From: Octopus vulgaris
Taxonomy: Eukaryota
Assembly (NCBI GenBank): GCA_951406725.2
Contig: OX597819.1
Coordinates: forward strand, 133,920,001 to 133,984,000
Direction of reading: 5' to 3'
Length of the DNA: 64,000 bases
Within the stretch, counting starts at the first letter, position 1, and the number at the start of each line of letters is the position of its first letter. Position numbers and translations under genes: made by a program. Below are positions 1 through 12,400 of this stretch, piece after piece. The notes beneath the pieces are model-generated. The model did not search any database. It was not told the DNA's origin and saw nothing but the letters and a program-made list of their open reading frames with translations.

Positions 1-170
1 TTCCTGAACGCATTGCTGGCAGAGCTGGACAGGTTTCTTAATAGTTCAGTGTAGGTATTCTCTTTTTCACTGATCTTCAGCTTTATATTATCACCCGCTG
101 GGCAGCTAATTTCCACAACTGCACACACTTCTTCTTTTCTATCCCAAATCATTATATCGGATCCGTTGTG
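1..170 (-). mobile_element. RLE-domain fragment of an R4/Dong-like retrotransposon (same family as 39920-41115)
   Basis: Minus strand reads HNGSDIMIWDRKEEVCAVVEISCPAGDNIKLKISEKENTY, matching the PD..D/E..K RLE motif region. DNA is similar to 40420-40535. Confidence 0.7.
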
Positions 171-924
171 CTATGTATACAAGTTTGTATATATATACAT
201 ATATATATATATATACATGCATACATACATACACACATATAGACAGACAGACAGACAGACATACATCCAGCGATACATACATACAAATATGTATATTTTA
301 TAAATATATGTATTAGTTACATGTATATAGTCAACGGATGAGATCCAGAAATGTTGGTTATAGAAGACACTTACTGGCGCTTAAAGGATTCGAAATTAGA
401 CTCCGATTTTTTTACGAGGGATCAGCTCTGTGGAGTAATGAGTGATTATAAAAGGAATCCAGATGAGTCGGAATGGAGGCAATTTTGCAGATAAGCAAAC
501 TAAATATGGATCAAGTTTGGATTGATATCCAAAATATATATTATTCATCCATGTAAACAGAAACAAAGCAAAGACTGAAGATTTTCAGACGATTAATATT
601 TCAATATAAATCTATAGAATATTTATAGATTAACAGAGAAAACTCACACAGAGAACAACCGGCGGAGAGAATGAAAGGGGAGAATGTATGGCACTACAAG
701 CTGCTTCTGGGGACTTTGAAATTCTTCATAATGTTGGCAGAAGTAGTTCTTCCAATTATGCCGCCAGAAATGGAAACAAATAAGCATTGCATAAATCGAA
801 CCTCCGCATTCTGGACGCTCCATTCCTCCAATATTTATTTGCTTTCATTACTCTGTCTCCATATTCATCCTTAAATATTCATCATTTGAAAATCTCCAGA
901 CTTTACTTTCTTTCTGTTTACATG

Positions 925-957
<33 letters not shown>

Positions 958-971
958 CATCCAAAAACGAA

Positions 972-1084
972 GTGAAATAAATTGTCTGGCTTAGGAACAC
1001 AACACACAGCGCCGTCTGAGAATGGAACTCACTACCACATGAGTGTGAGCCGGACGCTCTAACCCCTGAGCCATACGTCTTCAC
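972..1084 (-). mobile_element. 5' head of tRNA-derived SINE (family of 63434-63775)
   Basis: Reverse complement gives gtatggctcaggggttagagcgtccggctcac...gtgagttccattctc, with A-box and B-box remnants. Confidence 0.7.
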
Positions 1085-1216
1085 TTGCGCCCGATGAAGA
1101 GAATATTATTATTATTCTTTTTGGTGTTCTTCTTTTTATTGCTGCTCTTCTGATTGTTACTGTTACTCTTTTTTTTTGTTCTTGTGCTTACTTTTTTTTC
1201 TTGTATTTGTTGTTTT

Positions 1217-1370
1217 TATTAGTTATTGTCATCGCCGTTGTTGCCGTCGTTGTTGTTGTCATCGTTGTCATCGTTGTCATCGTTGTTATTGTTGTTGTTA
1301 TTGTTGTTGTTGTCGATGTTGTTGCTGTTTATGAAGCTGGTACTTGTGCTGATGGCGTCGTCGTTGTGTT
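1217..1370. repeat. (GTT/GTC)n trinucleotide microsatellite
   Basis: Visible tandem repeat; explains the poly-Val and poly-Leu ORFs. Confidence 0.9.
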
Positions 1371-1842
1371 TTTTTATTGTGTATATAAGAATGCGTTTAA
1401 CTATTTGAAAGTCTCAGAAATTCTAGACACAAAAGATAAACGAAATATCTTCAGTGAACATCTGAGGCAAAATTGTTAGGATTGATGCTGTCAACGTGTA
1501 ATGGTTATTGTGTTAATGTACAGGATATTTTTGTCTATGGATTTTTGGTTTTATTATCAGAACAATGCAGCAGATTTGACACCTGCATGCAGAACTGTGA
1601 TAGCAGCACCAAAAAGAAATTGATTTGCATATCTTCCACAAAACTCAAGAACACTTCTAGTTTTTCCTATGAACATTTTACAGCTGGATTTTGCATTAAA
1701 AAAATATCTTCTTTTTTTTCTTCTGCAATAATTTTGACAACGATTTATGTATTCCTTCAGTCAGTAAATATTTTTTTCTTCAGGATACACATTAGCGTAG
1801 GATAAAGATATTTATATAAGTGACTGCTTCTTGTCATAAATA

Positions 1843-1850
1843 AATATATA

Positions 1851-1917
<67 letters not shown>

Positions 1918-1962
1918 ATATGTAAATTTATATATGTATATATATTTATTTATTTATGAATG

Positions 1963-2003
<41 letters not shown>
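1843..2003. repeat. (TA)n microsatellites
   Basis: Visible dinucleotide runs. Confidence 0.95.
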
Positions 2004-2008
<5 letters not shown>

Positions 2009-3324
2009 TGAGATTTAATAAAACCGCAGATGATTTTTTTATTGTGAATTTACAAATATCTGACTAACTATAAGTATAAATATTAGTATGTATCAATCTA
2101 CACACACACATATACACACATATATAAATTTTATATCTAAATATTCCAAAATAAGCCTCGTTCCGTGGGAAATCAGAGTTGAAACGGAGGCTGAACGGAA
2201 GTACGACAATCTACATGTATTTCCATACTTTATGATCGCGTTTCTACTTCCGGCCTGCATCTGCTCGTATACGCAATCGCATCCATGTGTGCGCACGCGT
2301 GTGTATGGACCGGAGTCCGTTGCGATTACTTCCCTGCTTCCTTGCTGACCTCGTAATTCAACTTCCAATTTTTAATAAATCCATTTAAACAGAAGAAGAA
2401 GAAAACAAAAAGAAAGACAACCTTATATTGTTCTCGGGTCTTTTTTAAAATGGTTCAAAATATCTAAAATTCGAATATCCTTTTTTGGGTCCGATAGCTT
2501 TTGACTTATTTCTCACCATGAATCTTTCTTGTATTGTTATTAACATATCACTGCCTTGTCGAGGACATTAACTGAGGTGCAAATGTGTCTTCATTGTAGT
2601 GTATGTTGTTTTTGTTGTACCTGTTGCACCTCTGGGAGCAATGAGCTTTGCTTCCTTGTCTCCAGTTTTATGGAGAACTTCCTGTTTGCAAGTATGACGC
2701 ATGCCCTTTCGCAATCCTTAGACTTGCAACCATAGGTGTTTTGGAAATAGAAGCTTCTATTATTATTCTACCCTGCTTTAGTATTCCTGATTCTGTTTTC
2801 TCTTTCTCTCAACCTTCCCAGTTCCTACCAAACGCATCACTGCTCTATATCATCGGTTATACAACAAGCGTCACCCGAATACATTTCAATTCTGCAAAAC
2901 TAGGCGCTCACAATCTGGCCATCCTGTACTTTAAAGGTATTGAGCGTATGTAGGCACCACTGTGGGACGAAGACGGTCGTTCTTCGAACTAAGAAACCTT
3001 ATAGGAATTCGAGTGAACAAAAGTTTACAAAAGTAAAACATAAATGTCCAAAAATGCAATACGGATTTCTTCCAGAGCCTGTATATTTGACAGTCTCCAC
3101 ATAATTAAGAAAGTACTGATACTTGTAAGTGAACCAAACATTCCATGTGAAAATTGAAGAAATAAACAAATATATCACAACAAGACAAGGAGAGGATCGT
3201 GAAACCTATCTCTCTGTGCTGTTTTCAGTAACAAATTCGTTAAATGAAACTGCCAATGGTTATAGACAATACAGACAAATTATAATCCTCTTCCCGATAT
3301 GAATAAAAATAAAATATTTACAAA

Positions 3325-3385
3325 AGGTGGTGCTCCAGCATGACCACAGTCAAATGACTGAAACAAATAAAAGAGTAAAAGAGTA
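3325..3385 (+). mobile_element. SINE 3' tail fragment
   Basis: ggtgctccagcatgaccacagtcaaatgactgaaacaaataaaagagtaaaagagta matches the SINE tails at 50618 and 54577 (reverse complement). Confidence 0.75.
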
Positions 3386-3389
3386 AGGG

Positions 3390-3900
3390 ATAACACTGAA
3401 TTAGAAAATATTCCAAAAGATTGTTTTTAAACTCATCTAAGATATACAAATGGGTGTAGATAAGACAAGGTGCGCAGAATTTAATATAAGAGGAATAATA
3501 ACTAAAACTGGTAAAAATGAAATGAAACACAGAAAGCGAAGTCATGAAATTAGAGAAGATCAATCAGTAAATTAAAAACGATGCGATGCACAAAAATGTG
3601 TATTAGTAGAAAATGATAATATAGAAAGAGTGATGCAAATCTTGTTTTAAAAGATGCACCCAATGTTAGGAAGAAGATAATAAAGCATAAATGCACTGAC
3701 TGCCCAGTCATGGCTACAGCATCGACGCAGGAAATTAGAACTTAGATACAAGGTCAGGGTTCTTCTAAGATTGTTCTGAGGCCACCATTCCAAAGCTAAG
3801 GTTGACAGATATAGTTAGTCCCTCCACACGAAAAGACACACAGACACGTAGGGAGGGATCTGCACCGTCTGTTTGGTGCAGTTTAAAAACTTTCTTTATG
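3390..3900 (+). mobile_element. Highly degenerate R4/Dong RT fragment
   Basis: Scattered peptides DIQMGVDKTRCAEFNIRG and HHSKAKVDRY resemble DIGMEFGLEKCAKATFKKG and HHPKADVDRLY of the 5890-9680 element. Confidence 0.45.
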
Positions 3901-4332
3901 GACAGACCGAGTACATACAACATACTCAAAACTCAGCAAAGGTGAACAGCAAAGCAAATATGACCCTGCTGTGTTATTATAGCAACGGGAAAGAACCATC
4001 AGTGCTAATACAAAGGAATACAAAGGAATAACGACAATGATTCTGAATGTATGAGAAAATAACTTAAAAGTTTAAAGAAATAAAACAACTCATACAAAAT
4101 GAAGAGAAACAAGAGACGGACAGACAATCATATAAAAAATATCATAAATTATATAATGAATCCTAACGAGACACTCTCCGAACATAGAAATAATTGCAGA
4201 GTAAATAAATGAAAGAACGGCCTTGACACAAATAATGTACAGCAGATCCTGTTGGTTTGACAAAAACATGATGAGTCGGAACGATGGAGAAAATATGACA
4301 CGTTTTGGAAATAAGAAAATTCACATAGAACC

Positions 4333-4710
4333 TGGCTGTGTGGTAAGAAGCCTGCTTCCCGACCACATAGTTCTGGGTAAAGTGCCACTGCAAGGCACCT
4401 TGAGTAAATATCTTCTATTAATAGCCACGGCCCGACTGGAGCATTGTGAGTAGATTTGGTAGACGGAAACCGAAAGAAGTCTGTCCTCTTTGTGTGTATG
4501 TGTGTGTGTGTGTGTATGCTTGTCCCCCATCACGTCTTGGTGTGTTTACGTTCCCGTAACTTAACTAATCGGCAAAAGAGAACGATAGAATAAGTACCGG
4601 GCTTTAAGAAAATAAATATGGGCAATTCGTTCGACTAAATTTCTTCAAGACAGTGCCCCAGCATGACCGTAGTCTGATAACTGAAACAAGTAAAAAATGA
4701 AAGATAAAAG
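4333..4710 (+). mobile_element. tRNA-derived SINE (octopus-type, family A)
   Basis: ggctgtgtggtaagaagc head, gatttggtagacggaaac core, internal (TG)n and ctgaaacaagtaaaa tail. Homologous to 24683-25090, 50618-51010 and 54577-54980. Confidence 0.85.
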
Positions 4711-4949
4711 CATTAGATAAGTCACATAAACTGATATGGTTTGAATAAGAAACCCCTTAAAATGAGAACACAAACATTATATGTCCGCCCAAGAAATCAA
4801 TGTTCCATGAACATCTTTAAAAGTGAAGGAAGTCATCGACTTCAATTCGTAAATTTTAATTCAACAGATGAAAGCTAAAGTAAGAGGGAAGAATCTGAGG
4901 AACGATTGAAAAATAATAAAATGCTTCAGAAATAAACAAAACTTTATCT

Positions 4950-5055
4950 TATGGCGTAGTGATTAAGAGCGCGGGCTACTAATCCTAAGATTCCGAGATC
5001 GATTCCAGGCAGTGACCTGAATAATAATAATAACAATAATAGTAATAATAGTAAA
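4950..5055 (+). mobile_element. 5' half (tRNA-like head + (AAT)n) of the tRNA-hammerhead pseudo-LTR
   Basis: Near-identical to 11633-11770. The matching 3' half lies at 9681-9845. Confidence 0.85.
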
Positions 5056-5380
5056 TATCTCTAGAAAAGTCAACTTCAATGTCTACAATATTACCTTTAT
5101 TTTCTCCCTGTCTTCCCGAAATATGCAAACATACTTTTCATTGCAATAACACAAACGCACATGGAAGAAAAAAAATAACGATACTAATAATAGATTCTCT
5201 CTGGTCGAACACAACTTCTCTATTCACAAATAACACAGAACAGAGTAACTCGGTCCTTCCTTAATTTTTCTGAAGGTTAAGGTCACTGTTGTTCGCTGCT
5301 AGTAGTAGTAGACATTTGAACTTCTTTTGACCCATAGGACCCCATCCCACCTAAAAAAAAAAAACTTACATGAACCACAT

Positions 5381-5386
5381 TTACTA

Positions 5387-5424
<38 letters not shown>

Positions 5425-5765
5425 ACTACTACTACTGCTACTGGTGCTGCTGCTGTAGCTACTACTGCTACTACTACTGCTACTACTGCTGCAGCTACTA
5501 CTGCTGCTGCTGCTACTACTACTACTACTACTACTACAACTACGGCCACTACTACCGCTACTGCTACCACTGCTGCTGTTACCACTGCTGCTGCCGTCAC
5601 TGCTACTACTATTGCTACCTCTGCTGCTGCTGTTGCTACTGCTGCTGGTACTACCACTGCTGCTGCTGCTGTTGCTGCTACTACTGCTGCTGCCCATTAC
5701 TATTACTGCTACCACTGCCGCTGCTGCTGCTACAACTACTGTGGCTACTGTGGCTAATGATGATA
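5381..5765. repeat. Compound (CTA/CTG)n trinucleotide repeat
   Basis: Visible repeat; generates the poly-A/V, poly-S and poly-Y/C ORFs. Confidence 0.95.
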
Positions 5766-5889
5766 AATGAAGCCCCTGTATGAAGATTAGTGGTAATTTT
5801 TTTTTTCTTTAAATGAAAACTTAATAATTTAACTTTACTTGAAAAGAAAATTTCAAACTGTACACTGAATCGCTTGTCCAATGGTTATA

Positions 5890-8800
5890 CAGGAAGCGCG
5901 CCCCGTCAGGAGGCTGCCAACCTGATAGCGAAAAATTTTCAAATGGCAGAATATCTTCCTCGAATACGAACCCGGAAGGTCACTTAAACGGGATTTGTCC
6001 CAAATTAAGCCCCCAAAGTTCACCACCACAACGACCAGAAAATCAAAAAAGTAAAAGAACTAAATGGAACCGGGAAGAATATAAAGAAGTAATATATGCT
6101 TATTACTTTGCATTAAGTAGGCCAACCCAAGAGAAACACACCGCAAACTCCTACAGAATTTGGAGGAGCCGGAATCCAGCTAGCAGACCAAACCTGGATG
6201 AAAAGCGATTAGCAAATGTTAGAAGAGATATCTTCAGAAATACCAGACTCACAGATGCAGAATTAACCTCTATTAAAAACGTGCTAGAGAATGACCTAAA
6301 TGTAAGTCAGGAAAGAAATAACGGAGCTGAGGAGAGGAATGTTGGGCCACAAGCATTGACTGAAAGGCGACCATCTGCCGAAACGACTCAAGATCCTGAA
6401 GAAGAAGGAAAATATAATGACCCTAGAAAAAACAGCCCGGAAACTGATGTCGAAACAGAATTTGAAGACCACATGTTTGTTGAACAACACAGAAAATCTA
6501 TCATTGAAATGAAGCAAGAAGTTCTGAATGAGCTTGCAGTTGTAGGGCATACAACTATGAATGATAGGGAACCACTCCATAAACTCTCAAATGCACACCA
6601 ACATAAAACACAAATAAAAATTGGCAACTGCATTACACAAGAAATCATACAACTAAAACCCGATCTTAATAAATTAAATGAAATTATTTGCTCAGTTGCT
6701 AAGGTAATCGAAAGACGCTGTTTAATACCCAAAAAGCCAACAATACCAAATTCCAAAAAGAAAATCAAACTGGAGGAGTAGAATTGAAACTGAAATTGAA
6801 TCATTGCGAAGGGAGATATCAATATTAACTGAGCTAATCTCTGGAAATGGTGTAAGATCAAGAAAAGGCAGGAAGATTGTGAGAAAATATGGACACTCAA
6901 CAAGAGAAGATCTAATGTCAGCGAAAGAAACACTTAAACAAAATTTCAAGCAAAAGCTCAGAGAATACGCAGATTTGAGAAAAGAATCAAATTCTACAAA
7001 CAAAATAAGATATTCAAATCCAATGCAAAATCATTTTACAGGGAAATAGGGAAAGTAAAAATAACCTTTGAAAATCCACCCCTAATGGAAGAAGTTGAAA
7101 ACTTTTGGAAGGGGATCTGGAGTGATGAGAAACCATACAATGAAAATGCAGAGTGGATCAAACGCACCCAAGATGACTACAAAAGTCTACAAGAACAGGT
7201 ATGGGAAGACATCTCAATCGCCGACCTAAAGTAAGCACTATCGAAGGCTCACAAGTGGAAATCCCCTGGTATTGATAGAGTACTAAATTTCTAGCTCTCA
7301 TCACTCTCGTCCGCACACAAAATGTTAGTAATACTATTTAATAGTATTATGAAAGACCCGAAAAAAACACCCCATTGGATGGCAAATGGTATTACTTACC
7401 TCCTCCCCCAAAATAACAAAACGAAAGATCAAAAAGACTACCGGCCTATAACATGTTTATCTACTACCTATAAGATTTTGACATCTATTCTAGTAGAGAA
7501 AACATATACGTTTATGGAAGAGAATAACCCCTTTCCCACTGAACAAAAAGGATGCAGACGAGGCTCATACGGATGCAAAGATCAGCTCCTAATTAATCGC
7601 ATGATCCTTGAGAACTGCCATAACAAGCGCAGAAATCTCAGCTCTTCATGGATTGATTATAAAAAAGCCTTTGACAGCATACCACATTCGTGGATTCCGA
7701 AATCGCTGGACATTTTCAAAATTTCTCCTGTGATTTCAGATTTTTTAAAGTATAATATGTCACTATGGAACACGAAGCTCCAATTATATCATTTTAATGG
7801 AATATTGCACTCAAACAACATTAGCATAAACTGGAATTTTCCAAGGTGACTCACTTTCACCACTAATTTTCTGCATAGCACTCTCAAGTGAACTGAATAG
7901 AACAGGATATGGCTACAAAATTGACAAGAAAATAAGCCATCTATCTTATATGGATGATTTAAAGCTATATGGCAAAGATGATGAAGAGCTTGAAGGATTA
8001 TTACATACAGTGAAAGGATTCAGTGATGATATCGGGATGGAGTTTGGCCTTGAAAAGTGTGCCAAAGCCACTTTTAAGAAAGGGAAATTGGTAAAGTCTA
8101 GTTCAATCGAATTAGATGTCGAAATAGTAATAAAGGAACTTGAGCAAAAACAAACCTATAAATACCTAGGAATAAATGAAGGCTCTGGTATCCAGCATGC
8201 AAGCATGAAAGAGAAGGTTAGGAAGGAATGTTATAGAAGAGTTCGAGCAGTCCTGAAGTCTGAGCTGAATGCATATAATAAGGTGTTAGCCATAAATTCC
8301 TTAGCAGTACCAGTTGTTCTTTATAGGTTCAATGTGCTTAACTGGAATACCAGTGAAATAATGAACATTGACAGAAAAATCTGCAAGCTACTGACTTGTA
8401 ATAAGATGCACCATCCAAAGGCAGACGTGGATCGCCTTTACGTTCCCAGAGCTCAGGGAGGTCGAGGTTTGATCCAGCTTGAACTTACATACAAAACCAC
8501 CACAATTTGACTGGCCAAATACCTTGAAACAACCAACGATTGGACGCTAAAACTTGTTGAAAAACATGAAAGACCTAAAAAACTTCACTCTATTCTCAAA
8601 GAGAGGAAAAAATTCGCTGCTGATCTCTTAGATACCCACCAGATTGATCAAGCTGAAGGAAATGCGCCAATTGCAGCTGCAAAAAAAATAAAATTAATTG
8701 CAAAGACAAATGCACATGAAAATTTAGCTAGCAGATGGGAACAGAAACCTCTCCATGGCAAGAATGTGGCCCTTAGCAAACAAGCTAATGTCGACCAGAA

Positions 8801-9680
8801 ACACACGCACCAATGGTTACGAAGCGCAGGGCTAAAAGCAGAGAGTGAAGGTTTCATATTAGCTGCTCAAGACCAAAGCTTATTAACCCGGAACTACCAA
8901 GCCAATGTGATAAAAAATGGAGCTGACCCAAAATGCCGATTCTATAACGATGAGATTGAAACAATAGACCACCTAATCTCAGGGTGTAGAGTCTTAGCAC
9001 CTGCAGAATATAAAGCAATACATGACAGAGTCGGCCAGTATTTACATTGGACAATATGTCGGTATTATAAAATCAAAACCGCTGACAAATGGTATAAACA
9101 CCTTCCTGAAGCTGTGACTGAGGGAGAAAATGTGTCGATTCTATGGAACTTCACCGTACAGACCGACAAGACTATAAAAGCTAATAAACCGGATATTATT
9201 ATAAAAGATCAGACAAAAAAGATGTTTATTAATTGACATGAGTATCCCTTGCGATCACAATATAGCGGCGAAAGAATTTGACAAGATTAGTAAATATAAA
9301 GACCTGCTAATGGAAATTGAAAAAATGTGGCATCTCAAGGCGACTACAGTACCAGTGATTGTAGGATCTCTAGGGATGATAAAAAAAAAAGGTACTGAAA
9401 CCGATTTGAAAATGATTCCAGGCTTACCATTCCTACAGGAAGTGCAAAAAATCGTATTCACTGGAACGGCTCATGTACTGAGAAGAGCAGAAGAGCATTA
9501 TTGCTGTGAAAACAACATCCATTCATGAATTTATTTATTTATTAATTTATTGAATACATATTTTATCTGTGAATTTGTGTGTGTAATCTGGGAATGCATA
9601 CAATGAGCTTCTCTGCCCTAGGTGTATGGAAAAAAACTCGGCGAGAAATGGAAGAAAATTTGAAGAAAGAAGGAAAAAAC
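5890..9680 (+). mobile_element. Near full-length R4/Dong-clade non-LTR retrotransposon (RT + CCHC + RLE), inactivated by frameshifts and stops
   Basis: N-terminal KWNREEYKEVIYAYY; RT motifs YRPITCL, GCKDQLLIN, WIDYKKAFDS, QGD, YMDD; CRF..HLISGC..HD knuckle; KPDIII..D RLE; 3'UTR ends in an A-rich tail followed by (ATA)n. Confidence 0.93.
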
Positions 9681-9845
9681 ATAATAATAATAACATCGAC
9701 AAATATCTTAGGAATGAGAACCCAGGTTCGAAATTTCCCTAAGACACCTGATGAAGGCTGGAGGGTAAATCAGCCGAAAAGTTGTGTTAACAACAAACAA
9801 GTTGAGGATAAGTATCCGTCAAATGTAAATAATGTAAATAATGAA
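9681..9845 (+). mobile_element. 3' half of the tRNA-hammerhead pseudo-LTR
   Basis: Matches 11760-11925. Confidence 0.85.
9744..9788 (+). ncRNA. Minimal type I hammerhead ribozyme motif (stem III position mutated)
   Basis: ACAC-CTGATGA-A-GGCTG..CAGCC-GAAA-AGTT-GTGT: stem I ACAC/GTGT, stem II GGCTG/CAGCC. Confidence 0.75.
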
Positions 9846-9859
9846 CCTTATCAGAAACT

Positions 9860-10370
9860 GAGTAGCAAAACAAAGTCACAAATAAATCAGTCCATAAATA
9901 AATTAAAACTGGAATTATATTTGAGAAAATATTGGTAGGATAAACGCCTTGAACAAACGAACTTTATCAAATGCCATCATATTTATGGGTAAACATCATA
10001 GCAGAAAATATGAATGATGGGAGGAACTGGGAATTGGGAATCCTTTACAGTAAGAAAAATTGACCATTCCTTGATAAGAGACTTAAATGTCTTACACTGA
10101 AGTACGGCCAAGCGTTTTAAGAAAATAATTTGCCCATCCTAGAATGGGTGGGGTAAAGTAAAACAATTCTACTCGCCCAAGTCGCAGAGACGATGGGTAA
10201 GCGATTGATCGTCTATTCTAACTTCTATAAAATCAAACGATCGACACTCTGCAAACAACATCTCGAAAGAAAGAAATTTCTACTCGAAAAAGTGGAATGT
10301 GGCAGAAGGAGGTGATACGGCTATAAAGATCAACCATTGATAAACAAAACTCCATTAGAAGACGTAGAAC
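9860..10370 (+). mobile_element. Degenerate R4/Dong RT fragment
   Basis: EWVG*SKTILLAQ and HLERKKFLLEKVECGRRR*YGYKDQPLINK resemble RT motifs 0-2 of the neighbouring elements. Confidence 0.5.
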
Positions 10371-10997
10371 TGACTGGTCTGGTCGTGAAAAGTGTGTGGT
10401 GGCAACGGTCGCTTTTATGTATCATTGATTCAATGCACAATGCGTAAATTATAAGCAGTGATTATAGGCTTCGCCAAAAGTAGTTCAGCAAAATGGAAAA
10501 TAAATATGACACGAAATAATCGCTGTCTCATAAATATTCTTCACTGTGAACAGTGTTTGTTTTCTGTTTGCCAAACAATACATAACAAAGATGATAGTAA
10601 TAATAATCAGAAAGTGGTAAGAAGTGGTAGAGAGGATGACCCCGCTGAACACTTGAATGTGACCGACTAGGAAATTAATGTCGACTACATCAAGATGATT
10701 ACGAAAATGAAAGGTAAAATCTCCCGTAAATAGCATTACCATTAAGGCAATTCAACAGGTTGACAAATTTGAAAATTCTCTACACAACCAGTAGTCCATT
10801 ATTTACATTCGATGGATATTTGGCTTCTTCAGGTGTCTTGGGGAAATTTCGAACCTGGGTCTTTTCGATGTTATTATTATTATTATTATTGTTCAGGTCA
10901 CTGCCTGGAGTCGAACTCGGAATCTTGGGGTTAGTAGCCCGCGCTCTTAACCACTACGCCATATACCCGTGGGCAATTATGGAATGAATTTTAGGGC

Positions 10998-11610
10998 TTA
11001 TAAATCTAATATTCTCCTATCCTTCCCTAATACTGGTTCCCATATACTACTCATATCTGCACTCGGTTTGCTTAGGAGGTTGTTGTGTCCTAGCGTATGT
11101 GCTGCTTCTTTTAGTTTTCGCATTTTCCAGTGGTGTTCTCTGTCTATTATTTTAACTTCATCCCACAGGGGGAGGTGATCTCCATTTTTCCATACATGAT
11201 CAACTATACCCGATTTATCAATATCTCCCCATGTCACAGCTTTGCGATGTTCATCTACCCTTATTTTGAGTGGGGCAGCATGTTTCACCTTTGTATAACA
11301 TACCACAGCTGCATGGGATGGAGTACACGCAGTCTTTGGTCATATTCTCTTCTATTGCGAAGTGTTGTATTAATCTTGAATACTGCCCTGATGTCATATG
11401 GGCCGCGTACCTTTTGTATCTTTTCGGAGAAGCCTTTCACAAAAAGTAGACAGACTGTGGACAGTTTATTGGCCTCATCCTCTCTCTTCTTCATAATTGG
11501 AGTTGAGAGTATGCTTTTGGGGTAGTTGTTGCTTAACAGATCGTTATTGAGCTTGATCCATTCATCGTGGTGTGTACCATGATCGCTACTTATATTCTTT
11601 GCACGATGTT
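10998..11610 (-). pseudogene. PLE ORF C-terminus (thumb end + GIY-YIG endonuclease)
   Basis: ORFs 11285-11671 and 10998-11306; NNYPK, GIY-like CVY, YIG-like YKG, R..EH and conserved E. Confidence 0.85.
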
Positions 11611-11627
11611 GCTCCATAATTGCCCAC

Positions 11628-11700
11628 GAGCATATGGCGTAGTGGTTAAGAGCGCGGGCAACTAACCCCAAGATTCCGAGTTCGATTCCAAGCAGTGAAC
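11628..11700 (+). promoter_or_regulatory. tRNA-like internal Pol III promoter within the pLTR
   Basis: A box TGGCGTAGTGG and B box GAGTTCGATTCC with cloverleaf-like spacing. Confidence 0.75.
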
Positions 11701-11767
<67 letters not shown>

Positions 11768-11818
11768 GCATCGAAAAATACCTTAGGAATGAGAACCCAG
11801 GTTCGAAATTTTCCCAAG

Positions 11819-11863
11819 ACACCTGAAGAAGGCAGAAGGGTATATCAGCCGAAATGTTGTGTT
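11819..11863 (+). ncRNA. Minimal type I hammerhead motif in the pLTR (degenerate)
   Basis: ACAC-CTGAAGA-A-GGCAG..CAGCC-GAAA-TGTT-GTGT. Confidence 0.7.
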
Positions 11864-11999
11864 AACAACAAACAAGATGAGAACAAATATCCGTCGAAGG
11901 TAAATAATGTAAATGATGTAAATTATGTACATAATTCCTCATCTCTTAAATCTCTTAAATATAGAACTACACAATCTGTAGTCATTTAGCTTTGTACCA

Positions 12000-12400
12000 A
12001 AATCCAGAACACGAGAGGCAGACAGCTAAGTCAGTAGATACATGAATGGCCCACTTCAAAGAATATTTCCAGGAAATACTGAACTAACCTCCGTTCAAAA
12101 CCTAAATATATGTTATACACACTGTAACTATAACGACACAAGTAATAAAAAGGTAACCTGTTGCAAGGAAACGGGAACATAGCTAATTGCAGAAGTATTG
12201 AGTAAAGGAAGCTGTGGACTTGTCAATCAGTGGCACAATTGTTGTAAGTTGATATTGGTTAATGTAGCAATGAAGGGAGACAATAACTGATACTTCCTGG
12301 CAGTAGCACTTTGTTGAAGAACAGTAAATGGATATGGATCTTTATAATTGTTTATCCCAAGTTCAACTCTGGACAGAATCCTGGAAGGGAGGATGAATAA
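12000..12400 (+). mobile_element. Very degenerate RTE-like RT fragment
   Basis: KEYFQEILN and KETGT*LIAEVLSKG..NQWHNCCKLI resemble RT domain 0. Confidence 0.35.

Larger units (their letters stand above)
10795..11965 (-). mobile_element. 5'-truncated Penelope-like element with GIY-YIG endonuclease and inverted pseudo-LTRs
   Basis: Frameshifted minus ORF CVYSIPCSCGMLYKGET..PLKIRVDEHRKAV..SGIVDHVW..RKLKEAAH, stop at 10998. Flanked by inverted copies of one repeat (10795-10983 minus, 11613-11965 plus). Confidence 0.88.

Noticed and set aside
5283-5783. Ala/Val-, Ser- and Cys/Tyr-rich ORFs
   Set aside because: Trinucleotide repeat artefacts.
11628-11700. Functional tRNA-Ser(ACT) gene
   Set aside because: Acceptor and T stems pair poorly, and it is part of a repeated transposon terminus.
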